Origin: Dehalococcoidia bacterium
GTDB lineage: Bacteria > Chloroflexota > Dehalococcoidia > GIF9 > AB-539-J10
NCBI GenBank assembly: GCA_049586675.1
Contig: JBAVCL010000010.1
Coordinates: forward strand, 1,074 to 65,073
Direction: 5' to 3'
DNA: 64,000 bases
How positions within the stretch are numbered: the first letter of the stretch is position 1; every line of letters begins with the position of its first letter. This document shows positions 21,024 to 30,820 of this stretch, piece after piece. The translations under genes were made by a program, and so were the position numbers. Under the pieces are notes generated by a model. The model made no database searches. It was not told the DNA's origin and worked only from the letters and a program-made list of their open reading frames with translations.

Positions 21024-21716
21024 TCAAAGCCCTGACGCAATAGCTATAGCGCTTACTCCCCAGCAGATAGCTATGGTAGCCGCTGTAGTAGCATAATAAA
21101 GCGACATCTTCCTTGTTAGCCAGGGAAAAGCCTTTGCCTCAAGCTTCATACCTGCCGAATAGCCCAGAGGTAGCAAGATAGCAGAAAAAGCTGCCCAGAT
21201 TAAGCCTTCGGTAACTATGAATCCCCCGGGGGTAAAGGATAACAGGTAATTACAGGGTGCTACCTGCCTGCCAATAAAGTAAAAGCCGACTGATGCGATA
21301 ATACCAGCCACGGCTCCACCCCCCATGCGGGCATGGACACTCTTACCCATCTCACTCATCAATAGGAATGCCACCAGGCTTAGAGCCATTGCTTCAATAA
21401 AGACAGCAAGGCATGAATTCGCTTTGCACATCACCGAAATGTGGAGAATCGGCACAGCTAGTAGTTTAACCAACACTGTCACCAGGCCTATCCCTACAAG
21501 CATAACTGGTTTCTTATGAACAGCTAGAGCCATACCCATGAGACCCATCCCAATACCAGTCAATAAGCCAGACTTGTAAGGAAAATGGGCTGCAGATAGC
21601 CCTCCACCCAAGACGACTTCGGACAATCCCCAGATAGAACCAAATACCAGGATCCCAATGATTAGACGGACCAAAACTGGTGGACTACTAAGCTTGCTTT
21701 GAGCAATTTCTGCCAT
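21024..21716 (-). CDS. Polytopic membrane protein (possible ECF-type substrate-specific transporter component)
   Basis: 230 aa, about 6 hydrophobic helices; likely same operon as the oxidoreductase and NTPase genes. Confidence 0.5.
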   Translation of the reverse strand: MAEIAQSKLSSPPVLVRLIIGILVFGSIWGLSEVVLGGGLSAAHFPYKSGLLTGIGMGLMGMALAVHKKPVMLVGIGLVTVLVKLLAVPILHISVMCKANSCLAVFIEAMALSLVAFLLMSEMGKSVHARMGGGAVAGIIASVGFYFIGRQVAPCNYLLSFTPGGFIVTEGLIWAAFSAILLPLGYSAGMKLEAKAFPWLTRKMSLYYATTAATIAICWGVSAIAIASGL

Positions 21717-21786
21717 TGTCTTTCCTCCTAATGTTATTCTATATTCGGTCTTTTCTTCTTAAGAAAGTGGCGCCTCACCATTTACT

Positions 21787-24006
21787 TCAAAGTGCCTCTA
21801 CGCGACAAGGAACATAGCGATGTATAGGTGTTCCGAATTGGTCTCTATGCGTATTCTTCGTTAACCGGTTGACATTGGCACCGTATTTCGCGCCATTATA
21901 GACGAGGCCGAATCCTTGTGGAATGATGACCTGACCCTTTCTGGCATCTTCGGTCACTTCCACCTCTATAGTCTCTTCCCCGGCCTCGGTGATAACCTTT
22001 ACCATTTGTCCATTGGTAAAACCAAATTTCTCGGCATCCGCCGGATTCATGGCTAGTGTGCACGCCCGTCTGCCTTCATTCCAGGCTGGGTCTCGCATCA
22101 TAGTATTGGCATTCATGTCCATATGCCGCCCGGCCATCAGAATCAGGGGGAACCTCTCGTCGACCTTGAGCTGTTCTTTTTCATCAACCGGGTTAATCTT
22201 CCTCATCCAATGGTCAACCTCGGAATTATAAAGCTTGATTTTCCCGTTTTTTGTAGCTAGTGTCTCGATATTCTTCTCTGGATCGCATATTCCTACCAGT
22301 ACTCCTTCCGGATGGTTGATTATGGCTTGATATATATTCAGGCCTTGGTCTGGTCCGGTGGCAAAGCCGGCTCTGGCGGCTTCTTCTTGGCTTGCCGGTG
22401 ACCTTTGCAGAAACATGGGGAAAATACTGGCTAAATGAGCCGAACCAATTGCCTTGCCCAGCGTTTTCGCGACGATGAACTGCAGGAATCTGCCGCTCGC
22501 CGGATTAGCCGTCAAATAATCCGTTAGTACATCACCGTATTCTCTGATGTTGCCACTTCTAGCCGCCTGATAGAGTGATTCAGGAAGCTCGGGAACCAAT
22601 CCCATAGCATCGGCCAGAAGAGTGAATATCTCACCACCTTCTTTTTGCTCTCCTTCCGCCTCCACAACCGGAGGTCGCATTCGAGCGTAAACCTCTGAGA
22701 AACCTGCGCCAGGAGTACCATCCCATGATTCATAGGCTGTTTTAGAGGGAAGAATATAGTGGGCAAGGGCAGCCGTCTCACTCATCACGATTTCAGCCAC
22801 AACCAGTAGCTCAAGCTGGCGAAAAGCATTTTCATAAGCAGTCGTATCGGCATACGAGCGTAACGGATTGGCTGCGAAGTTAATTACGGCTCTGATACGC
22901 TCTGGATGGTCACTCATAATCTCTTCCGGCAAAACATTGGGAGGGAACATACCATTGAGGGCAGGAATGTCCGTTATTAATGTTCGCCATGTCCGTGGAT
23001 CGCTCGGGTCTGACCCAGCTCCCCCACCTACCAGGTAATTCCCCCCTGGCACACCGATACGACCACAAATAGCCAACAGCATGACCAGCAGATACGATAC
23101 AAGCGCACTGTGCCGGTTCATCAGTATGCCCAGGTCATCAAGAAGACATGACTGGCGTGTGGCGAATTCCCGGCAGACCTTAAAAACCTGGTCGTATTCC
23201 AGTTCACAGATCTTTAGCGCCGCCTTTGCGTCAAAATCAGCAAACCATGGCAGTATCTCCTTGAACCCGTCTACATGCTCGTCGATGTATTTCTGGTTGT
23301 GCATACCTTCTTTGAGGATAATGGCAATCATGGACTTCAATAGGAGTGCATCAGTACCGGGACGAAGAGCCAGATGAATATTCGCTATCTTGGCGGTTTC
23401 CGAAAGCCGCGGGTCGACCACTACCAAAAGCTGCTCCGGGTTCTTGGACATCTTCGTCAATCTTCTCCGTGCCTGGGGGAAATTGTGACTCATAAAAGGG
23501 TTCTTCCCGATAAGCAACAGCATGTCTCTATGTTCAGAATCAGCTGTCAAGCTCATCCCTTGACTTCCCAGTGTTAGCCCATGCGCCCAAAATCGACCGG
23601 CAAACTCCTGGTTGGCGGCTGAATAGTTGTACCGCGAACCGAGCCTGCGTACCATCCGGACGAGATAAGGGATGCCCAGAGCATTAAATTCGCCACCACC
23701 GACCAGTGATGCTAAAGAGCGCGGCCTGTGTTGTTGAAGTATATCCTTGAGCTTCCCGGCAATCTCGCTGATTGCCTGCTCCCAGGATATACGTTCGAAC
23801 TCGTCTCCCACTTTTTTCATCGGATAAAGCACCCTGTCAGCATTGTGCTGATGAAAGGCAATGCTCGTGCCCTTCCGGCAAGCATATCCTTCGCTGATGG
23901 GGCTGTCTTTATCCGGGCGAACTTTGGTAATACGATTGTTTTCAACCTGGACTTCCAGGCCGCAGCCATTGCCACACAATACACAGGCTGTTTTCTTCCA
24001 TGACAT
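21787..24006 (-). CDS. Molybdopterin/tungstopterin oxidoreductase, MopB superfamily (formate-dehydrogenase-like)
   Basis: 739 aa; N-terminal CVLCGNGCG...C 4Fe-4S motif, molybdopterin-binding and C-terminal MGD-binding domain features. Confidence 0.85.
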   Translation of the reverse strand: MSWKKTACVLCGNGCGLEVQVENNRITKVRPDKDSPISEGYACRKGTSIAFHQHNADRVLYPMKKVGDEFERISWEQAISEIAGKLKDILQQHRPRSLASLVGGGEFNALGIPYLVRMVRRLGSRYNYSAANQEFAGRFWAHGLTLGSQGMSLTADSEHRDMLLLIGKNPFMSHNFPQARRRLTKMSKNPEQLLVVVDPRLSETAKIANIHLALRPGTDALLLKSMIAIILKEGMHNQKYIDEHVDGFKEILPWFADFDAKAALKICELEYDQVFKVCREFATRQSCLLDDLGILMNRHSALVSYLLVMLLAICGRIGVPGGNYLVGGGAGSDPSDPRTWRTLITDIPALNGMFPPNVLPEEIMSDHPERIRAVINFAANPLRSYADTTAYENAFRQLELLVVAEIVMSETAALAHYILPSKTAYESWDGTPGAGFSEVYARMRPPVVEAEGEQKEGGEIFTLLADAMGLVPELPESLYQAARSGNIREYGDVLTDYLTANPASGRFLQFIVAKTLGKAIGSAHLASIFPMFLQRSPASQEEAARAGFATGPDQGLNIYQAIINHPEGVLVGICDPEKNIETLATKNGKIKLYNSEVDHWMRKINPVDEKEQLKVDERFPLILMAGRHMDMNANTMMRDPAWNEGRRACTLAMNPADAEKFGFTNGQMVKVITEAGEETIEVEVTEDARKGQVIIPQGFGLVYNGAKYGANVNRLTKNTHRDQFGTPIHRYVPCRVEAL

Positions 24007-24056
24007 GGTCTGCTACCTCCTCTTCAGTTATTTCGTGACTAGTGCGGTGGCTTTGA

Positions 24057-24680
24057 TTAATCCTCCTGTGAACTCGGCGCTTCACAATGTGAATAGGGTG
24101 CTTTACCCTGGCAACCCAAGCAGATTTTCCCGTCATTTTCAGGATAGCCTTCTCCGCACAGCGGACAAATGGCAAAGGTATCTCGATGGTGGGATTGGAG
24201 AGAATTCATATCGACCATCACTTTTTGAACGCCAAAAATTGATGTATGAGCCAGATTAATCTCACCCAGTAGCGCCTCAGAATCTTGCTCTTTCTTGGGT
24301 TTTAACTTGAAAAGAAAGGCTTTGAGTTCGGGCCAGTCACCAAGCTTTTGGCTATCCACATAAACCCGAACACCATTACCCGTATATTTCTCAAATAATG
24401 ACATGGCAAATCGGCCCAGGTCGATAATCCTCAGCCAGCCATTACCTACCGTGCACGGAGTCAGAAGCTGAATGGCATCCGGAAGACAAGAATGGGTTTC
24501 AGATATGGCGTCAAAATATTCGCCTTGCGGAAGGTTTCGATAAGCCGAATCCACCATGAATCCGCCAAGAACCACCCCCGGCGCAACATGGCCATGGAAG
24601 GTTTTGATCATCTCAATGTATTCATTATAAGTATGACCGCAAATGGTGACTTCAGAAGAAGGAACGCTCTTCATAGGCAT
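24057..24680 (-). CDS. FmdE-family protein with C-terminal zinc ribbon
   Basis: HGHVAPGVVLGGFMVD motif typical of FmdE/FwdE; C-terminal CPLCGE...CLGC; immediately upstream of the MopB gene. Confidence 0.75.
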   Translation of the reverse strand: MPMKSVPSSEVTICGHTYNEYIEMIKTFHGHVAPGVVLGGFMVDSAYRNLPQGEYFDAISETHSCLPDAIQLLTPCTVGNGWLRIIDLGRFAMSLFEKYTGNGVRVYVDSQKLGDWPELKAFLFKLKPKKEQDSEALLGEINLAHTSIFGVQKVMVDMNSLQSHHRDTFAICPLCGEGYPENDGKICLGCQGKAPYSHCEAPSSQED

Positions 24681-24707
24681 TTAATCACCTCCGCTTTTGT
24701 TACCACT

Positions 24708-24896
24708 TTATTCTGCTATTTCATCCCGAACGCCTAATGTGTACAGGAACTCCTTGACACGTTCGGGTGCACCATCTATCTGCAGAGTTTGTGCCAGCCG
24801 ATTACGCTCGGCCCGCTTGACTACCAGAAATGTTGCCAGAATTTCCGGCGGGTTGACCCCCAGATACAAAGATATCTTCACTTTATCCATTCCCAC
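24708..24896 (-). pseudogene. Duplicated C-terminal fragment of the downstream HxlR-like regulator gene
   Basis: 62-aa ORF PPEILATFLVVKRAERNRLAQTLQIDGAPERVKEFLYTLG versus regulator C-terminus SPELWATFLAVKRAERNRLAQTLQIDGTPERVDEFLHTLG; about 115 bp at roughly 93% nucleotide identity. Confidence 0.6.
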
Positions 24897-25825
24897 TTCT
24901 CGACAAGCTCCTCAGCTTCTCTGATCATGTTGTCGATAAACTCCTTGACGGTGGGCACACTCTTTATTACACCCACAGCCAGGGATCCCACCCGGCTCTG
25001 CTCTGGTACGTTCGGATCGCCTTCCCAGTCACTCGACTTGGGTTGGATACGCTCCAGCATGGGCAGCCATTCCTGGATGGGTAGATTGCCTCGCTTCTGC
25101 ATTACCTCCGCATAAGCCTTGGGGCTGGCATGTGAAAGCACCCGCCAACGGAGCCTAGGATTGTCAGGCGATGAATTAACCAGGTCGACTTTGGAGGGTA
25201 TATTAGTTGGACATTCTGCAGTAGCCATAAACGCAGTGCCCATCATTATGCCTTCGGCACCCATCGCCAGTGCCCCCAACAATCCGTGGGCATCGCCGAT
25301 GCCGCCCGCGGCAACAAACGGCACTTCGAACTGTGGAGCGCCCCAGGTAACGTTTATAAGGGTAGGTAGCTGGATCGGATTCTTGAAGCCAACACCTTCC
25401 AGCCCCACCACGATAACAGCGTCCGCACCGAGCTCTTCAGCATGCAATGCATCCTTAACACGGGCTGCTTTGTGTATCCATGGGAGGCCAGATTTCTTGA
25501 TACGTGGCGCCAGAGAGTCCGGCTTATAGACGGCCGTCTCCACCGGCACTCTCTCCTTGATGCAAACTTCAAGCATCTCGTCAATACGGGGGCAGATACC
25601 AAAGCTCAGGTTTACTCCGAACGAGCCACGAGTCGCTTTCCGGCAGCTCTTGATGTCCTCCCGCAACTGCTCAGGTGTGTGTGACGTGGAGGCAGTAATG
25701 AGGCCGTGAACGCCAGCATTAGCGCAGGCTGCGGCGAACTCCCAGTTCCCGAACCCGCCATAGGCTCCCTCCAGGATCGGGTATTTACAACCAAACATCT
25801 CTGTGATGCGTGTCTTCCATTCCAT
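24878..25825 (-). CDS. NMO-family flavin oxidoreductase (nitronate monooxygenase / FabK-like)
   Basis: 315 aa TIM-barrel FMN enzyme with NMO-like motifs (GGIGDAHG, MGTAF). Confidence 0.8.
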   Translation of the reverse strand: MEWKTRITEMFGCKYPILEGAYGGFGNWEFAAACANAGVHGLITASTSHTPEQLREDIKSCRKATRGSFGVNLSFGICPRIDEMLEVCIKERVPVETAVYKPDSLAPRIKKSGLPWIHKAARVKDALHAEELGADAVIVVGLEGVGFKNPIQLPTLINVTWGAPQFEVPFVAAGGIGDAHGLLGALAMGAEGIMMGTAFMATAECPTNIPSKVDLVNSSPDNPRLRWRVLSHASPKAYAEVMQKRGNLPIQEWLPMLERIQPKSSDWEGDPNVPEQSRVGSLAVGVIKSVPTVKEFIDNMIREAEELVEKWEWIK

Positions 25826-25989
25826 GGCATATCCTCCTAGTAAAAAATATTTACAGCATACTGAGAGAGCTCAGAAACTGATTTGGAAAAACGTGCGAGA
25901 TGGCGGCCACGACGTTTTCGCCCACGGCGGAAAAAATCCGGCCCGTCTCGTCGTTCAGACTGATGAAGTATGATTGTTCCGGCATATAC

Positions 25990-26685
25990 TTACTCCTCAA
26001 TTTGCTCACCGGCGTGGCGAGCTGGCTGTGCTTTTTCTTCTCGTGCTCCGAGTGTGTGCAGGAACTCGTCGACACGTTCGGGTGTGCCATCTATCTGCAG
26101 AGTTTGTGCCAGCCGATTACGCTCGGCCCGCTTGACTGCCAGAAATGTTGCCCACAATTCGGGTGATGTTGTCACTATTACGTCAGGGTTCTCTTTTTCG
26201 CTCTCTCTGGCTGACCAGTGGTCACCATCAAAAGACAGGCTGTAGGAGCCGCCGGGTGTGAAGCGAAGTAGCCAGGTCGCCGGCTGTGACAATTTCTTAC
26301 CGCGCTTATTCAGCGAAACCGTTAGGGTACTCACCGCCGACTCTGGGCGAACTACCTCTCCCGGGAGCGGAGGCCGCATTGCGTATCGCAAGCCCCAGGC
26401 CCACAGTGCTTCCACCACGGGACCAAGGTCATATCCTGCCGGCGTTAGTTTGTACCAGACCTCGCGGCGGTCCTGCCGCTTTTCTCGTTCGATGACACCG
26501 GCTTCCTCCAGCTTGCGAAGCCTAAGCATTAGCCACTTCGGTGTGATGTTGCATAAGCCGCGGAGCAAGTCAGTGAAACGCTGAGGCTCGCGCAAGAGGT
26601 CTCGAATGATGAGCAAAGACCACCTGTCACCGACCACCTCAAGTGCATGTGCCACCGGGCAGTAATAGCCATATGTGCGTGCCAT
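25990..26685 (-). CDS. HxlR-type transcriptional regulator with about 130 aa C-terminal domain
   Basis: N-terminal CPVAHALEVVGDRWSLLIIRDLLREPQRFTDL = HxlR winged-HTH signature; divergent from the AOR gene. Confidence 0.8.
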   Translation of the reverse strand: MARTYGYYCPVAHALEVVGDRWSLLIIRDLLREPQRFTDLLRGLCNITPKWLMLRLRKLEEAGVIEREKRQDRREVWYKLTPAGYDLGPVVEALWAWGLRYAMRPPLPGEVVRPESAVSTLTVSLNKRGKKLSQPATWLLRFTPGGSYSLSFDGDHWSARESEKENPDVIVTTSPELWATFLAVKRAERNRLAQTLQIDGTPERVDEFLHTLGAREEKAQPARHAGEQIEE

Positions 26686-26930
26686 AAATTTATGTTTCCA
26701 AGAGAAACATTCTAAAAGATATCAAATCATATCCCCCGTCATGTCAGATGTCAAGTGTGTTCCAGCCAAGGTTCCCCTGCAGGCAAAAATGTTGATGGTG
26801 CAGTGAAGGAAAGGATATAATAGTTCGACATGCGTAGCGGTTAGGGTTATCGTCCGCCAGTAACCGAGACAATTACGCCACTGGTACCAGCATGGCAGAG
26901 ACGCATGAAGAACGCAACAAGGAGGTACAT

Positions 26931-28730
26931 ATGGCCGGCGGTTACATGGGGAAGGTCTTATTTGTAAATCTTTCGGCAGGCGAGCTTGAGGATGAGACAC
27001 TAGACGAAAAGATTTGCCGCGATTTCATCGGTGGTTATGGCTTAGGGGCAAGAATATTATACAGCCGCCAAAAGGCAGGTGTTGACCCTTTGGGTCCGGA
27101 GAACATCCTAGGATTTATCACCGGTCCCCTCACCGGTAGCCCGGCTCCGAGCGGAACACGGTATACCGTAGTAGGAAAATCGCCTTTAACCGGGACATGG
27201 GGAGATGCTAACTCGGGAGGAGAGTTTGGTCCCTACCTCAAGTTCGCCGGTTATGATGGTGTGTTCTTTACCGGAATATCCAGTAAGCCAGTCTATCTAT
27301 TCATTGACAATGGCCAGGCTGAGTTAAGAGACGCCGCTGACCTGTGGGGGAGAGACACCTACGAATCCGAAAGTTTATTACAGGCCGAACATGGCCCGGA
27401 AAGCCGTGTCTCCTGCATTGGTCCGTCTGGAGAGAAACTCTCGCTCATCTCATGTATTATAACCCAGAGAGGGTGTGCTGCCGGGCGCTCTGGTTTAGGG
27501 GCTGTTATGGGTTCCAAAAGGCTCAAGGCAGTTGTAGTCAAGGGAAATCAGGCCGTCCCCGTAGCAGATAAACAAGCTGTTGACAGGTTGAGAAAAGAGT
27601 ATATGGCAGCGTTAAACGATAAGCAATCAGGGGGGTATTCATTCCTTAAGTCATTTCGCAAGTATGGCACCGGTAGCCGTGCCCATCTTTTGGCTCATAG
27701 CGGTGATACGCCGGTCAAGAACTGGGGTGGTGTCGGGGTTACTGATTTTCCAGATGTGTCTGGAATTGAGCCTGATGCCGTGATAGCCAACCTTGATAAA
27801 CATATAGGCTGCTGGCACTGCCCTATAGCCTGCCAGGGCAGTTTAAAGGAAGGGATTGGCAAATACAGGTACCCTGCCGGTTCACGCAGGCCCGAATATG
27901 AGACCCTGGCTTCCTTTGGGGCGATGTGCCTCAACAATAACACTGAATCAATAGCTATGGCTAATTATGTCTGCAATCGCTACGGAATAGACACTATCTC
28001 CGCCGGCTCTACTATTGCCTTTGCCATTGAGTGCTACGAGAACGGTCTCATTACCCGGGAGGACACGGATGGCATTGAGCTTACCTGGGGCAACCACCGG
28101 GCTATTGTGGCCATGACGGAAAAAGTTGCCAGAAGAGAAGGTTTTGGTGAAATTCTTGCCGACGGGGTCAAATTAGCCGCTGACAGAATTGGCCGAGGGA
28201 CCGAGAAGTATGCAGTGCATATTGGAGGACAAGAACCGGGAATGCATGACCCGAAGCTTATGCCGCCTGTGGTGGGCGACATGGCATCGGCTGCAGCACG
28301 GTACCAGATGGACGCTACTCCCGGCCGTCACACACAAGGTTTTGGCCCCAGCAGTTTCATGCAACACGCTCTCAATGCCGCCGGACTTTGCTACTTCGGC
28401 CGGGTGGGGCCATACTTCATAAACTTTATGAATGCGGTGACTGGCTGGGACTATTCCCAAGATGAACTATCTAAAGCGGGTGAGAGAATAGCTACCTTGA
28501 GGCATGTTTTTAATCTTCGTGAAGGTATAAACCCCCTCAAGTGGTCGGTACACCCTAGGATAATAGGGAAGACTCCTTTCGAATCAGGTCCGCTGGCTGG
28601 TGTGACCGCCGATATTGAAGCTCAGATATACTGGAATCTTGGCGCTCTGGACTGGGACCGCTTCACAACCAAGCCGAGCAAAAAGAAGCTATTATACCTA
28701 GGCCTGAAAGATGTGATAAAAGACTTATAG
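26931..28730 (+). CDS. Aldehyde:ferredoxin oxidoreductase (tungsten-containing AOR family)
   Basis: Start set at ATG 26931 after AAGGAGG; GKVLFVNLS... N-terminal AOR domain and C-terminal AFOR domain, about 600 aa. Confidence 0.85.
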   Translation: MAGGYMGKVLFVNLSAGELEDETLDEKICRDFIGGYGLGARILYSRQKAGVDPLGPENILGFITGPLTGSPAPSGTRYTVVGKSPLTGTWGDANSGGEFGPYLKFAGYDGVFFTGISSKPVYLFIDNGQAELRDAADLWGRDTYESESLLQAEHGPESRVSCIGPSGEKLSLISCIITQRGCAAGRSGLGAVMGSKRLKAVVVKGNQAVPVADKQAVDRLRKEYMAALNDKQSGGYSFLKSFRKYGTGSRAHLLAHSGDTPVKNWGGVGVTDFPDVSGIEPDAVIANLDKHIGCWHCPIACQGSLKEGIGKYRYPAGSRRPEYETLASFGAMCLNNNTESIAMANYVCNRYGIDTISAGSTIAFAIECYENGLITREDTDGIELTWGNHRAIVAMTEKVARREGFGEILADGVKLAADRIGRGTEKYAVHIGGQEPGMHDPKLMPPVVGDMASAAARYQMDATPGRHTQGFGPSSFMQHALNAAGLCYFGRVGPYFINFMNAVTGWDYSQDELSKAGERIATLRHVFNLREGINPLKWSVHPRIIGKTPFESGPLAGVTADIEAQIYWNLGALDWDRFTTKPSKKKLLYLGLKDVIKDL

Positions 28731-28859
28731 CCATAGGTATTGATGTGCTGAATGATTTCCGGACATTCTCAATAGAGACCGCAGTCCAGCACTGCCTCTT
28801 AAAACTCTGGGGGACTAGAGCAGGATAATATCAAAATAACAAAGGAGGAGCATAAAACT

Positions 28860-29141
28860 TTGTTCAAGTGCGTTATTGGATTGTTCGGGCTACCGCACGA
28901 AATAGCCAGTGAGCATGAGGTAGAGGTTGAACTAAGGGATGAGGCGAGCCTGACCGATGTTATTGTGGCACTCCGCCATAAAATCCCCAAACTGGAGGGG
29001 TCTGTTATTTGTGACGGGGAAGATAAACTGACAGAGTATTATGCCTTCAATATCAATGGGCGTTTCTACACTGATGACAAGGAGATTCGAATCCGCAGTG
29101 GCGACAATGTAGCGTTACTTGCCCTCCCTACCGGGGGATGA
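28860..29141 (+). CDS. MoaD/ThiS-family ubiquitin-like protein (GG C-terminus)
   Basis: 93 aa ending ...LALPTGG*; TTG start 9 nt after AAGGAGG; adjacent to AOR. Confidence 0.65.
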   Translation: MFKCVIGLFGLPHEIASEHEVEVELRDEASLTDVIVALRHKIPKLEGSVICDGEDKLTEYYAFNINGRFYTDDKEIRIRSGDNVALLALPTGG

Positions 29142-29276
29142 TCGCTATTGACAACGTATTGTGCGGTACGGTTTGCCAAATCACTTTTTATAGCCTTGCT
29201 TGAGTAGATTGCTCGGGTAGGGCGTTGGGTTAATTTGGTCCATGACCTTGTTGCTTGCCCTCTTACGTGCTAAACT

Positions 29277-30284
29277 TTGCCGCAAATAAAAATGCGCAAA
29301 CGCGTTTTCTCTGGTTTTCGCCCTACAGGCAAACAGCATATTGGTAACTACCTGGGAGCGGTACAGAATTGGGTCGCCCTTCAGGATGAATATGACTGCG
29401 TCTACTGCGTGGTGGATATTCATGCTCTCACCACTCTGGAAAGCACAGAATCCCTGCGAGAAGATATTTATGAAATGGTGCTTGACTGGCTAGCGGCCGG
29501 CATTGACCCCCACAAGAGCATCATCTTCGTTCAGTCTCATGTTCCTCAAGTGGTGGAGCTCCATACTTTGTTCAGCATGGTGACTCCTTTAAGCTGGTTA
29601 TTACGCGTTCCGACATTTAAGGAGAAGGTTAAGATGCAGCCGCATAATGTTAATTATGGGCTGGTGGGTTATCCTGTTCTCATGACTGCCGATATTGCCC
29701 TTTATAAGGGAGAAGTTGTTCCTGTGGGTGAAGATCAGCTTCCTCATCTGGAATTGGCTCGGGAGATAGTGCGGCGGTTCAACTCCCTTTTCGGATTTGT
29801 ATTTCCTGAGCCACAGGCGAAGCTTACTAACTTTCCTTTGGTTTTGGGCATAGATGGGGTGCAGAAGATGAGCAAAAGCTACGATAACCATATTGAAATA
29901 TCTGCTTCCCCCCAGGAAATCTCGAAGCGAGTTATGACAGCCGTTACCGACCCGGCGCGGAGGTACCGCTCTGACCCCGGGCATCCTGACATATGTAATG
30001 TTTTCCGCCTCCACAATTTTTTCACCTCGGCCCGCGTAGAGGAAATTGCTTCGGAGTGTCGTGGCGCTCGCATTGGCTGTGTGGACTGCAAGAAGATACT
30101 GGCTCGGAGCATCAGTTCGAATCTGGAGCCTTTCCGGGAAAAGCGGGCTGCGTTAACCTCCAAGCCTGGCTACGTCAATCAAGTTCTTGCCGATGGAGCT
30201 AATCGAGCTGAAGCCATAGCTAAAGAGACTATCAGAGAAGTTAAAGAAAAGATGAAGCTCCTTCAGCGTGCCGATTTGGAGTGA
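29277..30284 (+). CDS. trpS: Tryptophan--tRNA ligase
   Basis: FSGFRPTGKQHIGNY (HIGH-type) and KMSKS motifs; start may be the ATG at 29292 rather than TTG at 29277. Confidence 0.9.
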   Translation: MPQIKMRKRVFSGFRPTGKQHIGNYLGAVQNWVALQDEYDCVYCVVDIHALTTLESTESLREDIYEMVLDWLAAGIDPHKSIIFVQSHVPQVVELHTLFSMVTPLSWLLRVPTFKEKVKMQPHNVNYGLVGYPVLMTADIALYKGEVVPVGEDQLPHLELAREIVRRFNSLFGFVFPEPQAKLTNFPLVLGIDGVQKMSKSYDNHIEISASPQEISKRVMTAVTDPARRYRSDPGHPDICNVFRLHNFFTSARVEEIASECRGARIGCVDCKKILARSISSNLEPFREKRAALTSKPGYVNQVLADGANRAEAIAKETIREVKEKMKLLQRADLE

Positions 30285-30724
30285 TTCGGGCGACACCTTA
30301 TCATTCCTTATCGACCTTCTTCAGTTTCATGTGTCTGACCTATTTGGCACCAAAGCCGCACTCTCACTGACGCCGTCAGAGAGGATGGCGCAACATCAGT
30401 AATTTCTTGCGGTAAAGTACTTAAAACCGTGTTTTGTACACCGCGGGCAGAATGTGTTTTTAAAAGACGAAGCGATAAACACTGGTTCACGATTATTTAG
30501 CCTGAAGAATGAAAAACGGGGGGTTTGGGATGGACTAAATCATGGATAGAGTAATTAATAGGGCTTCTAGGGGCTCTGAAGTGCCTTTGAGGGCATTTTA
30601 TTGCGAAGTGAGAGTCTGATGGCAGGGTGGCTTGCGACAAGCCATTAGGAGAGGACAAAGAATTGCGATGCCTCTTGCGTGTATGATAAAGTTAATATGT
30701 TTTAGTAAATAAGTGTAAGGGCAT

Positions 30725-30800
30725 GGGCAGTTGGCTCAGTGGTTAGAGCGTCGGTTTCACATACCGAAGGTCACAGGTTCAAATCCTGTACTGCCCACCA
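30725..30800 (+). tRNA. tRNA-Val (anticodon CAC)
   Basis: Acceptor GGGCAGT/ACTGCCC, anticodon stem TCGGT/ACCGA with loop TTCACAT, T-arm ACAGG TTCAAAT CCTGT, discriminator A, CCA. Confidence 0.8.
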
Positions 30801-30820
30801 TAAAATAAGGAGGAAAGGAA

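Noticed and set aside
20510-21043. 177-aa plus-strand ORF overlapping the NTPase gene
   Set aside because: Mirror-strand ORF within a P-loop NTPase gene that has clear Walker motifs; low-complexity translation.
29142-29276. Possible T-box riboswitch leader upstream of trpS
   Set aside because: Leader is only about 130 nt and lacks the conserved T-box sequence (AANNNGGGTGGNACCGCG) and specifier-loop architecture.
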